Made by a program: the position numbers and the translations under genes. Source: the human T2T-CHM13v2.0 reference genome, Homo sapiens. From it: DNA of 64,000 nt. The stretch lies in NCBI RefSeq assembly GCF_009914755.1, contig NC_060936.1, one strand, 5' to 3'. The notes beneath the pieces were generated by a model. It saw only the letters and a list, made by a program, of their open reading frames with translations. It was not told the DNA's origin and made no database searches. The first letter of the stretch is position 1. Each line of letters starts with the position of its first letter. Shown one piece after another: positions 1 through 13,500 of this stretch.

Positions 1-2047
1 TAAACCTCAATGTATATAAATATACTTATCTCATCAGCTTAAAACAATATAGCTATTATTTTTTCTTGAATGACTGTATCTAGAGATTTTAAAAAAACTA
101 ATTTAATAAATCCACTCCTCCAACACAAAGCACAAAATAGAGACAGGATACATTAAATATCTTCCAAGTTTATTGTTTTATGAATAGCTGATTCTCATTA
201 CACTTAGCTACTTTCCCTTAGGTACAAAAAATATGGGTCAAGTCCTATTTTCATGGCCCTATTAAATCACAACTGCAGGTACCATTTTTAAGCATCTATA
301 GCATTGTTTTAAAGGTATCTTTCACATGAAGGTAGTTTGAAAAGTCATTCTTCCCTGGGTTTTGCATAATTATTTTCTCTTATTCCAAAACTCAGAATTT
401 TTGGTCTAGTCTGTTTTAACCACCTTGAATCTTGCCAATTAAAATGCTAGCCTCCTGGCCCTAACTTCCTTTCCCTTGTTCCTAGCAAGCATCTGTTCTT
501 CCACATTCTTGTATAGTTTAACTCAAAATGCCAATCAGTGATGATTGATCACATTTTTCACACAACAGCCTGGACCCGGATTCTGCACTCCACATGCATT
601 TGCCGTTTTGATTAATGAACATAAATCAGCGGTGACAATTCACATTTGCAAGTGGATGGAAAGAATTATTAGAAATGCAGCACATTAGTAAGCAAAAGCT
701 TCCCTTCATTCTATTACAATTGCATTGAAAACAAATACACTCCCCTCAGAGGACTTTGTGGTTATCATTAGGGAATATCTGAAATATGGAAATAAAACAC
801 ATGCTGCCAGGCCTGTTTTCATTATTTTGATCTCATAAAAGATCTTTATATTTCAATACTGCACAGACAACAAATGATTTTGCAACATCATTTCTATGTT
901 TATATAAGCCTCTACTATATAGAATATCTCAAAAAGCAATTCCTTTCTCTACCAAATAGAGTATTTTTTTTTTTGGAATGAAAGAATGGCAAAAAAAATT
1001 TAACTTGTTTCCTTAATTCACATAAACAATAAAAATCAAAGATTTTGTCTATGTCCATTCAATGAATTACTTACTTTTTTCCCTCCACTAATATTTACTT
1101 TAAGAACATAAAATTCATAAATAAATAACCTCTTCTGGTTTTAAAGCCAAAGTGCCAATGATATGTGGTGAATCAGCCTAAAGTCAACTGGTAAAAATAT
1201 TGTTTTCTTTGGTTATGAAAATTTCTAACTCAGTTGAGACATACAGATCAGGATCTTCAAATAAAATATTCTTAAATGGAATATGTATGAAATATACTTC
1301 ACAGACCAAATATATTGATCCTAAAGTGACCTGTTTGACTTATTAATTTTAAAGCATCATTACTATAATGGCCCATTTATTGTATTAAATGAGTATTAAA
1401 TCTTTGCAGCTACTTAAGACTGCTTTTAAGGGTCACGGATTTAATTGCCTCAATAAATATATACCTATACTATCAGTTATTTCTAACTTCTCAGGAGGCA
1501 AAGGCACTGGTGTGTTTAGTAAGTATAATTGACTCTTTTAGTAAGAAATGGATACACTTTTAAAGCACATGTATCAAGACTGCCAGAAAAAAATTTAAAA
1601 CTTTATCGGCAGTTCAAAAGTTATAAAAATATTTGCCAAGCTTGAAAAACATTTCTATCTTTATTTTATAATAACATATTTACTTAGAAAGTGCTTTGTT
1701 TTCTTTCCCCTTTGTGGCATCGAATTGTCAATTAAAGGCCTTTAGAGTGACCATGGGATGAGTTGGTTAAGTTGCTGTCCAGGTGGGAGAACAGCAAAAT
1801 AGATGCTGTTGGTTGTAACTCTGAATTTCCAGAAGTCACATTGAAGTCATAATAATCAAAATATTTAGGAGGAAATTGAATTCTGCAATCAATGAGAACT
1901 ATAGTCTTGGCAGTTCCTAAAAGGCGCATTTCCTTGTTGTTTTGCTTAAGCTTGTCTGGGCTTCATTTAGTAGTCTGCTTATGTTAAATTTAAGCAATCA
2001 TGGGTATGGAAAATGAATAAAGTGTTGACTATCCATTTGGATCAATT

Positions 2048-2530
2048 TTATTCATTCAAAAATGTACATTTTAATAAAGTAATGTTAGGCACTATGGATA
2101 GAAATATCAAAGAGGCTCAGTTTCTTCTTCCAAAGTGTTCCTAAAGAAGGAAATAGACATAGAAGGAAAGCAAGTTATAATCCAGTTTCATAAGTACAGT
2201 AATGGAAGATTGCATAAGACAGTATGCTGGCAAGCGCAAGAATGATCAAACCTGGTTGTGGAGAGTGTCATGAAAGTCATTATAACCAAATCTGAAAATG
2301 CAGTTCCCCAGACACTTAAAGAAGAAAAATGTATTCTGAAAAGAAGAAACAGTGAATTCAGGACAGAGAATGAAACAGTATAGCGTGATAGAAACTACAA
2401 GTAGCCTTAACTGTAACTTACATATAGGGCATCTCCCAGAGATGGGGGAAGTGATAAAGGGTGAAGCTAGTAAGGAACTTGTATGCTTGGAAGTTTTGAC
2501 ACTACTCTATAAATGATGTAGAAACCAATA
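2048..2530 (-). mobile_element. L2 LINE relic (3' portion), highly diverged
   Basis: Begins with ATTCATTCA-type L2 tail, followed by AGGCACTATGGATA...AAATAGACA...TTATAATCCAG, typical of antisense L2; boundaries approximate. Confidence 0.5.
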
Positions 2531-4169
2531 AATGAAGTGTTTCATTAAAGAAAAAGTATATTCAGTCAGAAATTAGCAATTTTAGGAATTTTTATAATAC
2601 CTAAAAAATGACTGAACATAAAATCTTATTTTTAATTGATAAAATATGTTTTCAGGTTTACCTGCAAAAACTATGGTTGATTTGCAAACATGTCTTATTA
2701 TAGTAGAAAATTACCAAATGTATGCTATTTATCATTAAATTTACCTTCATGGCAGCAGATGCCAAAGAACTAGTTCAGCAATTATGCCTTAATGTCATCC
2801 CATTATCATTTATCATTTTTCTTAATGCATCAAGATCTAAAGTCCTTGAATGCAAGCTTGGTCAGCAACCATAGAAATATGGGGTTCATTTTGTCTTTAC
2901 TTTGTCATAAAAGGGGTCTTGCCTTCTTCTATGTGGGACATGGCATTTAAGTTAAGTTCATATAACTTTTTAAGTAAGGACATTATATATTTTTTTCATT
3001 TTGTACTGGGATAACTACCTCACCAATAAGTGGTAGAATAAATTGTAGCCACATGTCAAAAAGTAGGTCATCCTAATGAGTGTGTGTAAAGCTGGTATTT
3101 TCCTTTGAAAATGTCAGGGTTTTTAAAAAAACAGAACAGAAATATGTTTTATTAATAACCACTCTGTGTATTGTGTAGTTAAAATCTTTGACTATATAAC
3201 CTCTTTCATACCAAGCATTATTTAAAATAATAAATCTTTCAAAATTTAAATAGATATGGCACAAAGGTGCAATTTGAAGGAATATATAGAGTTGATCATT
3301 ATAAATGGAAAACGCTTAAAATGCTGAGCTTGTTTCTATGTTTAGTGAACACTTCCTAGTTTAAGCTAGAGAGAAGGATTGCCTGAATTAATGAAAGTTC
3401 CGAATTAGAAAATATTTTGGAAGCAAATATAGTACCATAGATGCTCAGGGATATTAGAAGCCATTTTTAAATACCAACTAAAGTCTATGTAACATTGACA
3501 TTATCTCTACCTCTTGTATCCCTAGACACTACTGAAATACCTGAATCCATGGTGGAGAGCAGATCTCCCAAGACAGCCTGCTTCTTCTTCAGATGATTCC
3601 ATTAGGAAAAGTTTTCTTATATTTTGCCAAATCTATCATAGCTAGCATTCCCTGGCTCAAACTTTGCCTGGTGTGTTCATGAAGTATACACCCTTGAAAT
3701 ATCTGAAGACAGTTAAAGATTAATTCCCTTCCTGTTTACTGAATCACTGGACTCGCCATTAGGGAAATGTGGTAGGAAAAAAATGCTCTGAAATCAGTCA
3801 AATATTTGCAAAGTCTCCCAGTGAATTATTATAGACAGAACAATTTTGGCTGACAGTATAATTAGGTAGATTCAGGCCCAAGAGCTCATTGGTGGGTCAG
3901 TGTCGGACTAGGCACCTGATGCATCTATGTAGTCCAGATGCTACAGGGATCAGTGCTTTAGACTAAGATGCTGAACATTTTAACTCATGAATAAGCTGAG
4001 AGGCTTGACTGGCATGGGATCAAACTGATGCCGGAAGCAACTCTGGAAGGGAGAGTGGATATGCCTAACGACAGTTATCCCAGGGAACTGTGTGGCTCAT
4101 TTCCTCATTTAATTAAAGTCTCTGATAAAAAGTCCGTATTTCAGATAGCCTCTGTCTTACCACCTTATA

Positions 4170-4295
4170 AAATTAGCATTCTTCCCCATCATAACTCTCT
4201 TACTGGCTCATTTTTCTTCATAATGCTTACTACCACTTGTTGTATATTTATTTATCAGTTTACTTGAACTAACCCACTAGAATGTAAGTCCCAAT
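4170..4295 (+). mobile_element. L2 3' end relic
   Basis: TTTTTCTTCATAATGCTTACTACCACTTG...CCCACTAGAATGTAAGTCCC resembles the L2a 3' consensus. Confidence 0.55.
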
Positions 4296-4479
4296 ATTTT
4301 ATAGTTTTCATTGCCAAAAATTCAATCTTTCAGTTCTTTCCCATTAAGTGATTTTGAGGCCAAGTTGTTGGCAGGATTTTTGCAGTGGCCTGAATAACAA
4401 ACTTAGAAGAAGTGAGCTCAGTGGAGTGACAGGGGAGGCAGGAAGGAAATAGATCCTCTCTGCTCCACATCTTTACACA

Positions 4480-4640
4480 CTGCATGCTAGGGTCTGTGCT
4501 AGGCGGTTGGTGTAATTTTTATTTATCTCCCTTAAAATTTTATAAGAGTATACTGTGGATTTTTTTAAAAAAATAATCATTTCTGAGGGATTATTACATA
4601 TAAGGCTATAGATATATAGTAAGTAAAGGAGATAGGATTC
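4480..4640 (-). mobile_element. MIR SINE relic
   Basis: GCTAGGGTCTGTGCTAGGC ... AGGATTCAAACCCAAAT (B-box remnant). Confidence 0.45.
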
Positions 4641-4989
4641 AAACCCAAATATGGCCACAAGAGTAGGAAATAATTTTTAATATCTGCCTACAAAGGTTTC
4701 AGTGATGAGTATAAAGCATTTCACTTTTTAAAATAAAAATGGAGACTCATTGAATCTAAGGAAATAATTTAGAGAAAATGTACAGGCTGGATGTGAAAAA
4801 TGAAGGTGATTTTGAGGGATGTGAGACTAGAGAAGACTATGATAGTACTTGTGAGTTTCGGAGTTGGGTAAATGGTTACAGGCAGAGGAAACTCCAGATT
4901 TATATGCTTTTCTATCTTGGTAGATGTGGTTGACTAGCAGTAGTTTCACAGTTGTTATTAATGAGAAGGGTGAATGGTGTAGGAAGCCT

Positions 4990-5165
4990 AGGACATTCTC
5001 GATAGGGATGACAGCAATCCCAAGGGACAAATATTGGTCCTTGGAGGGCAAGAAAGCTTACATATTACAATGGTTTGTGGCTCTCCAAAGAACTGCAGTA
5101 TGTAAACAGATATACAGCATATTTGTGGTATTAAAATTTCATATGGAAGGTGGTGGGGAGATAAT
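4990..5165 (+). mobile_element. MER96B-like hAT MITE fragment
   Basis: ATATTACAATGGTTTGTGGCTCTCCAAAG...TAAACAGATATACAGCATATTTGTGGTATTAAAATTTCAT; the reverse complement of this motif recurs at about 33045-33120. Confidence 0.6.
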
Positions 5166-5834
5166 GGAAACCAAAAAGAAACAGGGACCTAATACAAGAA
5201 AGCAGAAACCATACAAGAAAATGATTTATACAAATAAGCTCTTCTCTGGTGTTTTAAGAACCCTTTTTAGTATATTATAGTTATTGTAGCAGTTTAACGA
5301 GTAGACCCTGGCCTCAGATAGATTCAGATAGACCTGGGGATTATTTTATACACATCATAGTTCATATATTTATATGAAATATGAATATATTTATGAAATA
5401 TGAAAATATATATTTCATATATTCATACATCATATTTATACATGTCATATTTCATATGTGTCATAGATTCTGCTAAGTGTTTCCCATTATATAGTCATTG
5501 ATTAAAGCCTTGCAATAAATTTATGAGAAATTCTTTGAATAAAACTTACCCAAAGTCACACAGCTCTTAATGTTAGGGCCAGCAATCACTATGAGATTTA
5601 TTTTCCTAATACACTGGGAATAGAAGGTAGTCATACTATTCTGCAGGTTACAAGAATCACATCAGCTAATGTATGTAAAGTACTAAGCAAAGTGCCAGGC
5701 AGGAATGTTAGCTACTCTTATTATCTATCTATGGTCAGTACCCTATATTTGTCTGGATAAACCAGAGTCAGCAGTATTTACCATTCTTAGAGACCCAGTT
5801 CTACTTTAATAATAATGTCATGCATAATGGTTAG

Positions 5835-5960
5835 CTAGTGTGACAAATGTACCACACTAATGCAAGATGGTAACAAGAGGGGAATCTGGATATATGGAAA
5901 CTCTCTGTACTATATTTACCACTTTTCTCTAAATCTCAATGTATTCTAAAATATAACAAT
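5835..5960 (+). mobile_element. Old L1M (L1MC/ME-type) 3' end
   Basis: GTGTGACAAATGTACCACACTAATGCAAGATG...ATATATGGAAACTCTCTGTACTAT...TATTCTAAAATATAA. Confidence 0.65.
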
Positions 5961-8823
5961 TCTTTAAAAGAGATTCACTTCTAGCAACAAATTGAGTATG
6001 TTGTTGTAAATTGCAACTTTAAAAATCAGTTTCATAAATTCAGCAGAACAATGAAAATGCAAAACAGACAAAAAACAGTAATGAGCGTGCACAGGAATTT
6101 TAAACATTCCATACATGAACCAGCAGATGGCAGAGTACGCAAGCATCTGAACTTGGGTACTAAAACCCTGCTTCCCATCAAATGAAGCCTTTTCATTTTT
6201 CACGTAGTTTTAGTTAATTTATAGGGCCAACGATATAAAATCCTGCTGCCCCTAACTACAAGGCCGTTGCTGAAAATAAAACGGGCGTGAGTTCTGGGTG
6301 GATTTGTTAGCTCACAGGCACTGCAGAGGCGAATTTCCCACTGAGGAAAGAGTCCGCTTTCATTCTGAGCGTTGTGAACTCAGTTTATGCACCAGTGCAG
6401 GTATGATGTCTATAAACAGATGGCCGGCCTTCTTATCCCAATCTCTTTCTCACCTTACGCTCACTGTGGTGATAGCTCACCTGGTCCAGGTGGGTGGATG
6501 ATTGACTCTGTAGACCAGACTAGCTGGACTAATCAGTGATCCCCAGCTGTGCTGACACTAATCTAGAGTTACTGCTGGAACGAAAGTCTAACCTCCAACT
6601 GAAATAAGGTTGGTGAACAGCTCTTGTTGCAACGATTGAAGAGACTCTGCTGCTCTTTGGTGTGTAGGAAAAGTAATGTTTGTTAGAGGTAATCAATTTC
6701 TCTTTGGTAGATTAGCGGCTATAAATAGAATTCACATACAGAGGTTCCATATGGATAAAGATGATTTTCTTTTCTTATGTCTAGGGGAGAGGAAGATAAT
6801 TTATGTGAGCAAGTGAAAGGTGATGTGGAATAAAAAGGATATTAGTTAGACATTTTAGTCCTCGGCAAAGAATTTAAGGCTAATGGCCTCCATCTGATCC
6901 AAAAGCCAATTATGCTAATGACGCTCTTAGATGTAAAAGCTGTAGCTATAAGTCAACACAGACTTTTGGCACTCAATATGTTTGCATGGACACTAAGATG
7001 ATCCTTTTCCTCCTGTTCCCTGGCTGTACTCAAAATTCAAATCCCTTTTACCTTTTGTTATATGCGTCACTCATAAGATAATAAGACTGAAAGAGGAGGC
7101 TTTTTATAAGGCCATGATTGGATATATCCTCCAAGCTAAGTCTTATGTTATATTCAGAAGTCATGGAAGAAAAACATAGACACAAGATACCAGAAAAGGT
7201 TGTCATCTCCCTATCCAGGATAATGTTTTTCACCAAATTCAAGGAGACTTTTTAATTTCTTTTGTTCAGAAGGTTAATCATTGAGATGGGTTAATGTACA
7301 CACATTAGTTAATCTTAGCAGTCTGTTAAATGAACAGGTTTATTGACTTTACAAAAGATTACTTTGTGTAACGATTACATTGAAAGAGCGGAACTCAATA
7401 TGGTGCAATATAAAGCATTATTTTTCCTTCCACTGTCCCTAAAACCCTGCTAGAGGGGCCAGCTATTTCTGTGCTTCTGATGAAAAGTGAAAGCAGTCCC
7501 ATAGCTTCAGTAACTTTTAATTATAAAAACAGTCTCTTAATAATCAAAATTCCCTACCTCATTCAAAGTTAAACCTTGTCCAGTAGTTCCCTTGAAAGTC
7601 CTTTTACTCAAGATAGAGATAAGGGAACAGCGGAAAATGCTACATCACAACAACTGTTCCTAAGGAAATTCTATTCCAAACACTCCCATCCTTTGAACTT
7701 TCTAATTTCTAAATATCTTCTTAGTGCGGATTAAATGGAGGGTCTCAGTATTTGTTTTGGGATGCCATTTTAGCAAGCCCTGCATAGTGATGGAGCCCCT
7801 ACTAAGGATGCATGGATAAAGGCCCTTATCTCAGCCTTTCAGCCTTCAGCTAAAACAGAAAGAAAAAGTCCCAGTTAAATATCCTGCCACATTTATAACT
7901 CCAGAAGGATTTTTGGGACACTAAAAATAAAGGCAGGGTGACATAAAAATAACTATGTGCTAGGATTCTTGTTAAGTGACTCTCAAAGGGCACTGGGAAA
8001 CCAGTTACACGCAGGGTTCGGGTATACAGTGTTTTTCAAATGTTTGGGTTGGTAACGTTTGAGAATCAATGCTCTTTTATACTTTAAACAAATCAGTCAT
8101 TCTTGACATAAGTCATTTATAAAATAAGAATGCTGAACTAGAGAGATGTATAAGATTCCCTTAAACTCAAAATTATTTAAGAACTTTCTTAAGCAATCAA
8201 AAAGAGAAAATAAAATTGTCAAAATATTATTTCTAGTCATCTCAGCTTTGATTTTGTTTACATGAAGTAGGCAGGCAGTTTTTAAAACCTAAAAAGCTAA
8301 AATGTGTTGGCCCAATTTATGAACTTAAATGAGAAGCAGCATCTTCATTTTATAAAAAATGATGGTCGTGGTATTTAAAGATGGGTAGTAGTTTCCAACA
8401 ATAAGTAGGAGCCACTATTATTGAATAATTAGTTTCTATTTTGGTTTTTCTAGGAAAGCTTGTATTTATTTATTTATTAACCTAAATAAGTCTCTGTGTC
8501 CTCAGATAAGAATATTAATTGACCTGGCTCCAGTCTGTGTGAAATGTGAATTTCCTTAAAACTGAAAATGTAGAAATCAAACATATTACTATTTCAAGGA
8601 AGTACTAATGTTTTCAATAGAGGGAAGAAGACATGGGTTGAAACAAAGAACTAGAGTTGGAGATAATTATAGTAGTATTGAGGATAGCCTATAAAGAGAC
8701 AATAATGATTAATAAAAGCCCACCTGCAAGGCATATAAGAAGATTTTTAAAACTTGAAGACTTCTTTTTTCCATCAGTCTATAGAACTGTAAGGTAGAAA
8801 ACAGCAACATAGGGAATTCCTGG

Positions 8824-8836
8824 GCAAGATGGCCGA
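8824..8836 (+). promoter_or_regulatory. YY1 site of the L1 internal promoter
   Basis: GCAAGATGGCCGA at the L1 5' end matches the known L1 YY1 element (AAGATGGCC). Confidence 0.75.
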
Positions 8837-9967
8837 ATAGGAACAGCTCTGGTCTGCAGCTCCCAGCAAGGCCCATGCAGAAGGTGGGTGATTTCTGCAT
8901 TTCCAACAGAGGTACCCGGTTCTTCTCATTGGGACTGGTTAGACAGTGGGTGCAACCCATGGAGGGCGAGCAGAAGCAGGGTGGGGTGTCGCCTCACCTG
9001 GGAAGCACAAGGGGTCAGAAAAATCCCTCCTTTTGCCAAGGGAATCCCTGAGGGACCCTGCCATGAGGGACGGTGCTATGCAGCCTAGATACTATGCTTT
9101 TCCCAGGGTCTTTGCAACCCACAGACCAAGAGATTCCCTCGGGTGCCTATACCACCAGGGCCCTGGGTTTCTAGCACAAAATTGGGCAGCCATTTGGGCA
9201 GACACTGAGCTAGCTGTGGGAGTTTTTTTCCATACCCCAGTGGTGCCTGGAATGCCAGCAAGACAGACCCATTTACTCCCCTGGAAAGGGAGCTGAAGTC
9301 AGGGAGCCAAGTAGTCTTCCTCAGCGGATCCCACCCCCATGGAGCCCAGCAAGCTAAGATCCACTGGTTGAAATTCTGGCTGCCAGCACAGCAGTCTGAA
9401 GTCAACCTGGGACACTCGAGCTTGGTGCGGGGAGGGGCGTCCGCATTACTGAGGCTTAATTAGACAGTATTCCCCTCACAGTGTAAACAAAGCTACCAGG
9501 AAGCTCGAACTGGGTGGAGCCCACCGCAGCTCAGCAAAGCCACTGTAGCGAGACTGCCTCTCTAGAGTCCTCCTCTCTGGGCAGGGCATCTCTGAAAGAA
9601 AGGCAGCAGCCCCAGTCAGGGGCTTATAGATAAAACTCCCATCTCCCTGGGACAGAGCACCAGGCAGAAGGGGTGGATGTGGGTACAGCTTCAGCAGACT
9701 TAAACGTTCATACCTGCAGGCTCTAAAGACAGCAGCGGATCTCCCAGCACAGCGTTCCAGCTCTGAGAACGGACAGACTGCCTCCTCAAGTGGGTCCCTG
9801 ACCCCCGTGCCTCCTGACTAGGAGACACCTCCCAGCAGGGTTTGACAGACACCTCATACAGGAGAGCTCCAGCTGGCATCTGGCAGGTTCCCCTCTGGGA
9901 CAAAGCTTCCAGAGGAAGGAGCAGGCAGCAATCTCTGCTGTTCTGCATCCTCTGCTGGTGATACCCA

Positions 9968-10488
9968 AACTCCTCCAAGCTAAAGGAGCATGTTCTAACT
10001 CAATGCAAGGAAGCTAAGAACCTTGATAAAAGGTTAGAGTAATTGCTAACTAGAATAACCAGTTTAGAGAAGAACATAAATGACCCGATGGAGCTGAAAA
10101 ACATAGCACAAGAACTTCGCAAAGCATACACAAGTATCAATAGCCAAATTGATCAAGTGGAAGAAAGGATATCAGAGGTTAAAGATCAACTCAATGAAAT
10201 AAAGCATGAAGACAAGATCAGAGAAAAAAGAATGAAAAGGAATGAACAAAGCCTCCAAGAAATATGGGACTATGTGAAAAGACCAAACCTATGTTTCACT
10301 GGTGTACCTGAAAGTGACAGGGCGAATGGAACCAAGCTGGAAAACACAGTTCAGGATGCTTTCCTTGCCTGATTGCCCTGAGGGATTTTGTCACCACCAG
10401 GCCTGCCTTACAAGAGCTCCTGAAGAAAGCACTAAATATGGAAAGGAAAAACTACTACCAGCCACTGCAAAAACATACCGAAATGTAA
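9968..10488 (+). pseudogene. L1 ORF1p remnant (start codon and much of the central/C-terminal region deleted)
   Basis: ORF 10043..10372 RITSLEKNINDPMELKN...EQSLQEIWDYVKRPNL is the ORF1p coiled-coil/RRM start; the C-terminus resumes after 10378 and ends at TAA 10486-10488. Confidence 0.9.
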
Positions 10489-10551
10489 AGACCATTGACA
10501 GTATGAAGAAACTGCATCATCTAATGGGCAAAATAACCAGCTAACATCATA

Positions 10552-13500
10552 ATGACAGAATCAAATTCATACATAACAATATTAACCTTAAATGTAACCG
10601 TGCTAAATGCCCCAATTAAGAGGCAAAGACTGGCAAATTCGATGAAGAGTCAAGATCCATTGGTGTGCTGTATTCAGGAGATCCATCTCATGTGCAACGA
10701 TACACATAGGCTCAAAATAAAGGGATGGAGGAATATTTACCATGCAAATGGAAAGCAAAAAAAACAGGGGTTGCAATACTAGTCTCTGATAAAACAGACT
10801 TGAAACCAACAAAGATTTAAAAAGACAAAGAAGGGCATTACATAATGGTAAAGGGATCAATGCAACAAGAAGAGCTAACTATCCTAAATATATATGCACC
10901 CAATACAGGAGCACTCAGTTTCATAAAGCAAGTTATTAGAGACCTACAAAGAGACTTAGACTACCACACAATAATAGGGGGAGATTTTAACACCCCACTG
11001 TCAATATTAGACAGATCAATGAGACAGAAAATTAACAAGGATATTCGGGAGTTGAACTCAGCTCTGGACCAAGCAGACCTAATAGACATCTACAGAACTC
11101 TTCACCCAAAATCAACAGAATATGCATTCTTCTCAGCACCACATTGCACTTATTCTAAAATCAACCACATGATTGGAAATAAAACAATCCTCAGCAAATG
11201 CAAAAGAACGGAAATCAAAACAAACAGTCTCTCAGACCACGGTGCAATCAAACTAGAACTCAGGATTAAGAAACTCACTCAAAACCATACAACTACATGG
11301 AAACTGAACAACCTGCTCCTGAATGACTACTGGGTAAATAATGAAATGAAGGTGGGAAATAAATAAGTTCTTTGAAACCAATGAGATCAAAGACACAATG
11401 TACCAGAATCTCTGGGACACAGCTAAAGCAGTGTTTGGAGGGAAATTTATAGCACTAAATGCCCACAGGAGAAAGTGGCAAAGATCTAAAATCGACACCC
11501 TAACATAGCAATTAAAACAACTAGAGAAGCAAGAGCAAACAAATTCAAAAGCTAGCAGAAGGCAACAAATAACTAAGATGACAATTGAACCGAAGGAGAT
11601 AGGAGCAGGCAAAACCCTTCAAAAAAATCAATGAATCCAGGGGCTGTTTTTTTTAAAAGATTAACAGAATTAGCCAGACTAATAAAGAAGAAAAGAGAGA
11701 AGAATCAAATAGACACAATAAAAAATGATAAAGGGGATATGACCACTGTTCCCACAGAAATACAAACTACCGTCAGAGAATATTATAACACTTCTGTGCA
11801 AATAAACTAGAAAATCTGGAAGAATGGATAAATTCCTGGATACATACACCCTCCCCAGACTAAACCAGGAAGAAGTCAAATCCCTGAATAGAACAAAAAC
11901 AAGTTCTGAAATTGAGGCAGTAATTAATACCCTGCTAGCCAAAAAAGCCCAGGACCAGACAGATTCACAGCCAAATTCTACCAGAGGTACAAAGTGGAGC
12001 TGATCCCATTCCTTCTGAAACTATTCTGAACAACAGAAAACGAGGGAATCCTCCCTAACTCATTTGATGAGGTCAGCATCATCCTGATACCCCAACCTGG
12101 CAGAGACACAACAACAACAACATTTTAGACCAATATCCGTGATAAACATCAATGCGAAAATCCTCAATAAAACACTGGCAAACCGAATCCAGCAGCACAT
12201 CAAAAAGCTTTTCCACCGTGATCAAGTTGGCTTTATCCCTGGGATGCAAGGCTGGTTCAACATATGCAAATCAATAAATGTAATCCATCACATAAACACA
12301 ATCAAGGACAAAAATCACGTGATTATTTCAATAGATGCAGAAAAGGCTTTCAATAAGATTCAACATGGCTTCATGCTAAAAACACTCAATAAACTAAGTA
12401 CTGATGGAACATATCTCAAAATAATAAGAGCTATTTATGACAGACCCACAGCCAATATCATACTGAATGGGCAAAAACTGGAAGCATTCCCTTTGAAAAC
12501 TGGCACAAGACAAGGATGCCCTCTCTCACCACTCCTATTTAACATGGTATTGGAAGTTCTGGCCAGGGTAATCAGGCAAGAGAAAGAAATAAAGGTCTTC
12601 AAATAGGAAGAGAGGAAATCAAATTATCTCTGTTTGCAGATGACATGATTGTATATTTAGGAAACCCCATTGTCTCAGCCCCAAAACTCCTTAAGCTGAT
12701 AAGCAACTTCAGCAATGTCTCAGCATACAAAATAAATGTGCAAAGAAATTACTAGCATTCCTATACACCAATAACAGACAAACAAAGAGCCAAATCATGA
12801 GCAAACTCCCATTCACAATTGCTACAAAAAGAATAAAATACCTAGAAATACAACTTACAAGGGATGTGAAGGACCTCCTCAAGAACTACAAACCACTGCT
12901 TAAGGAAATAAAAGAGGACACAAGCAAATAGAAAAACATTCCATGCTGATGGATAGGAGGAATCAATATTGTGAAAATGGCCATACTGCCCAAAGTAATT
13001 TTGATGCAATGCTATTTCCAACAAGCTATTATTGACTTTCTTCACAGAATTAGAAAAAACTACTTTAAATTTCAAATGGAACCAAAAAAAGAGCCCATAT
13101 ATGCCAGACAATCCTAAGCAAAAGGAACAAAGCTGGAGGCATCACGCAACCTGACTTCAAACTACATTACAAGGCTACAGTAACCAAAACATCATCGTAT
13201 TAGTACCAAAACAGATATATAGACCAATGACACAGAACAGAAGCCTCAGAAATAATGCCACACACCTAAAACCATCTGATCTTTGACAAACCTGACAAAA
13301 ATAAGCATTAGGGAAAGGATTCCATGTTTAATAAATAGTGTTGGGAAAGCTGGCTAGCCATATGCAGAAAACTGAAACTGGACCCCTTGCTTACACCTTA
13401 TACAAAAATTTACTCAAGATGGATTAAAGACTTAAACATAAGATCTAAAACCTTAAAAACCCTAGAAGAAAACCTAGGCAATACCATTCAGGACATAGCA

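Noticed and set aside
5358-5460. AT-rich quasi-palindromic tract as a structured element
   Set aside because: Low-complexity (ATATGA/TCATAT) expansion; self-complementarity is expected from its composition
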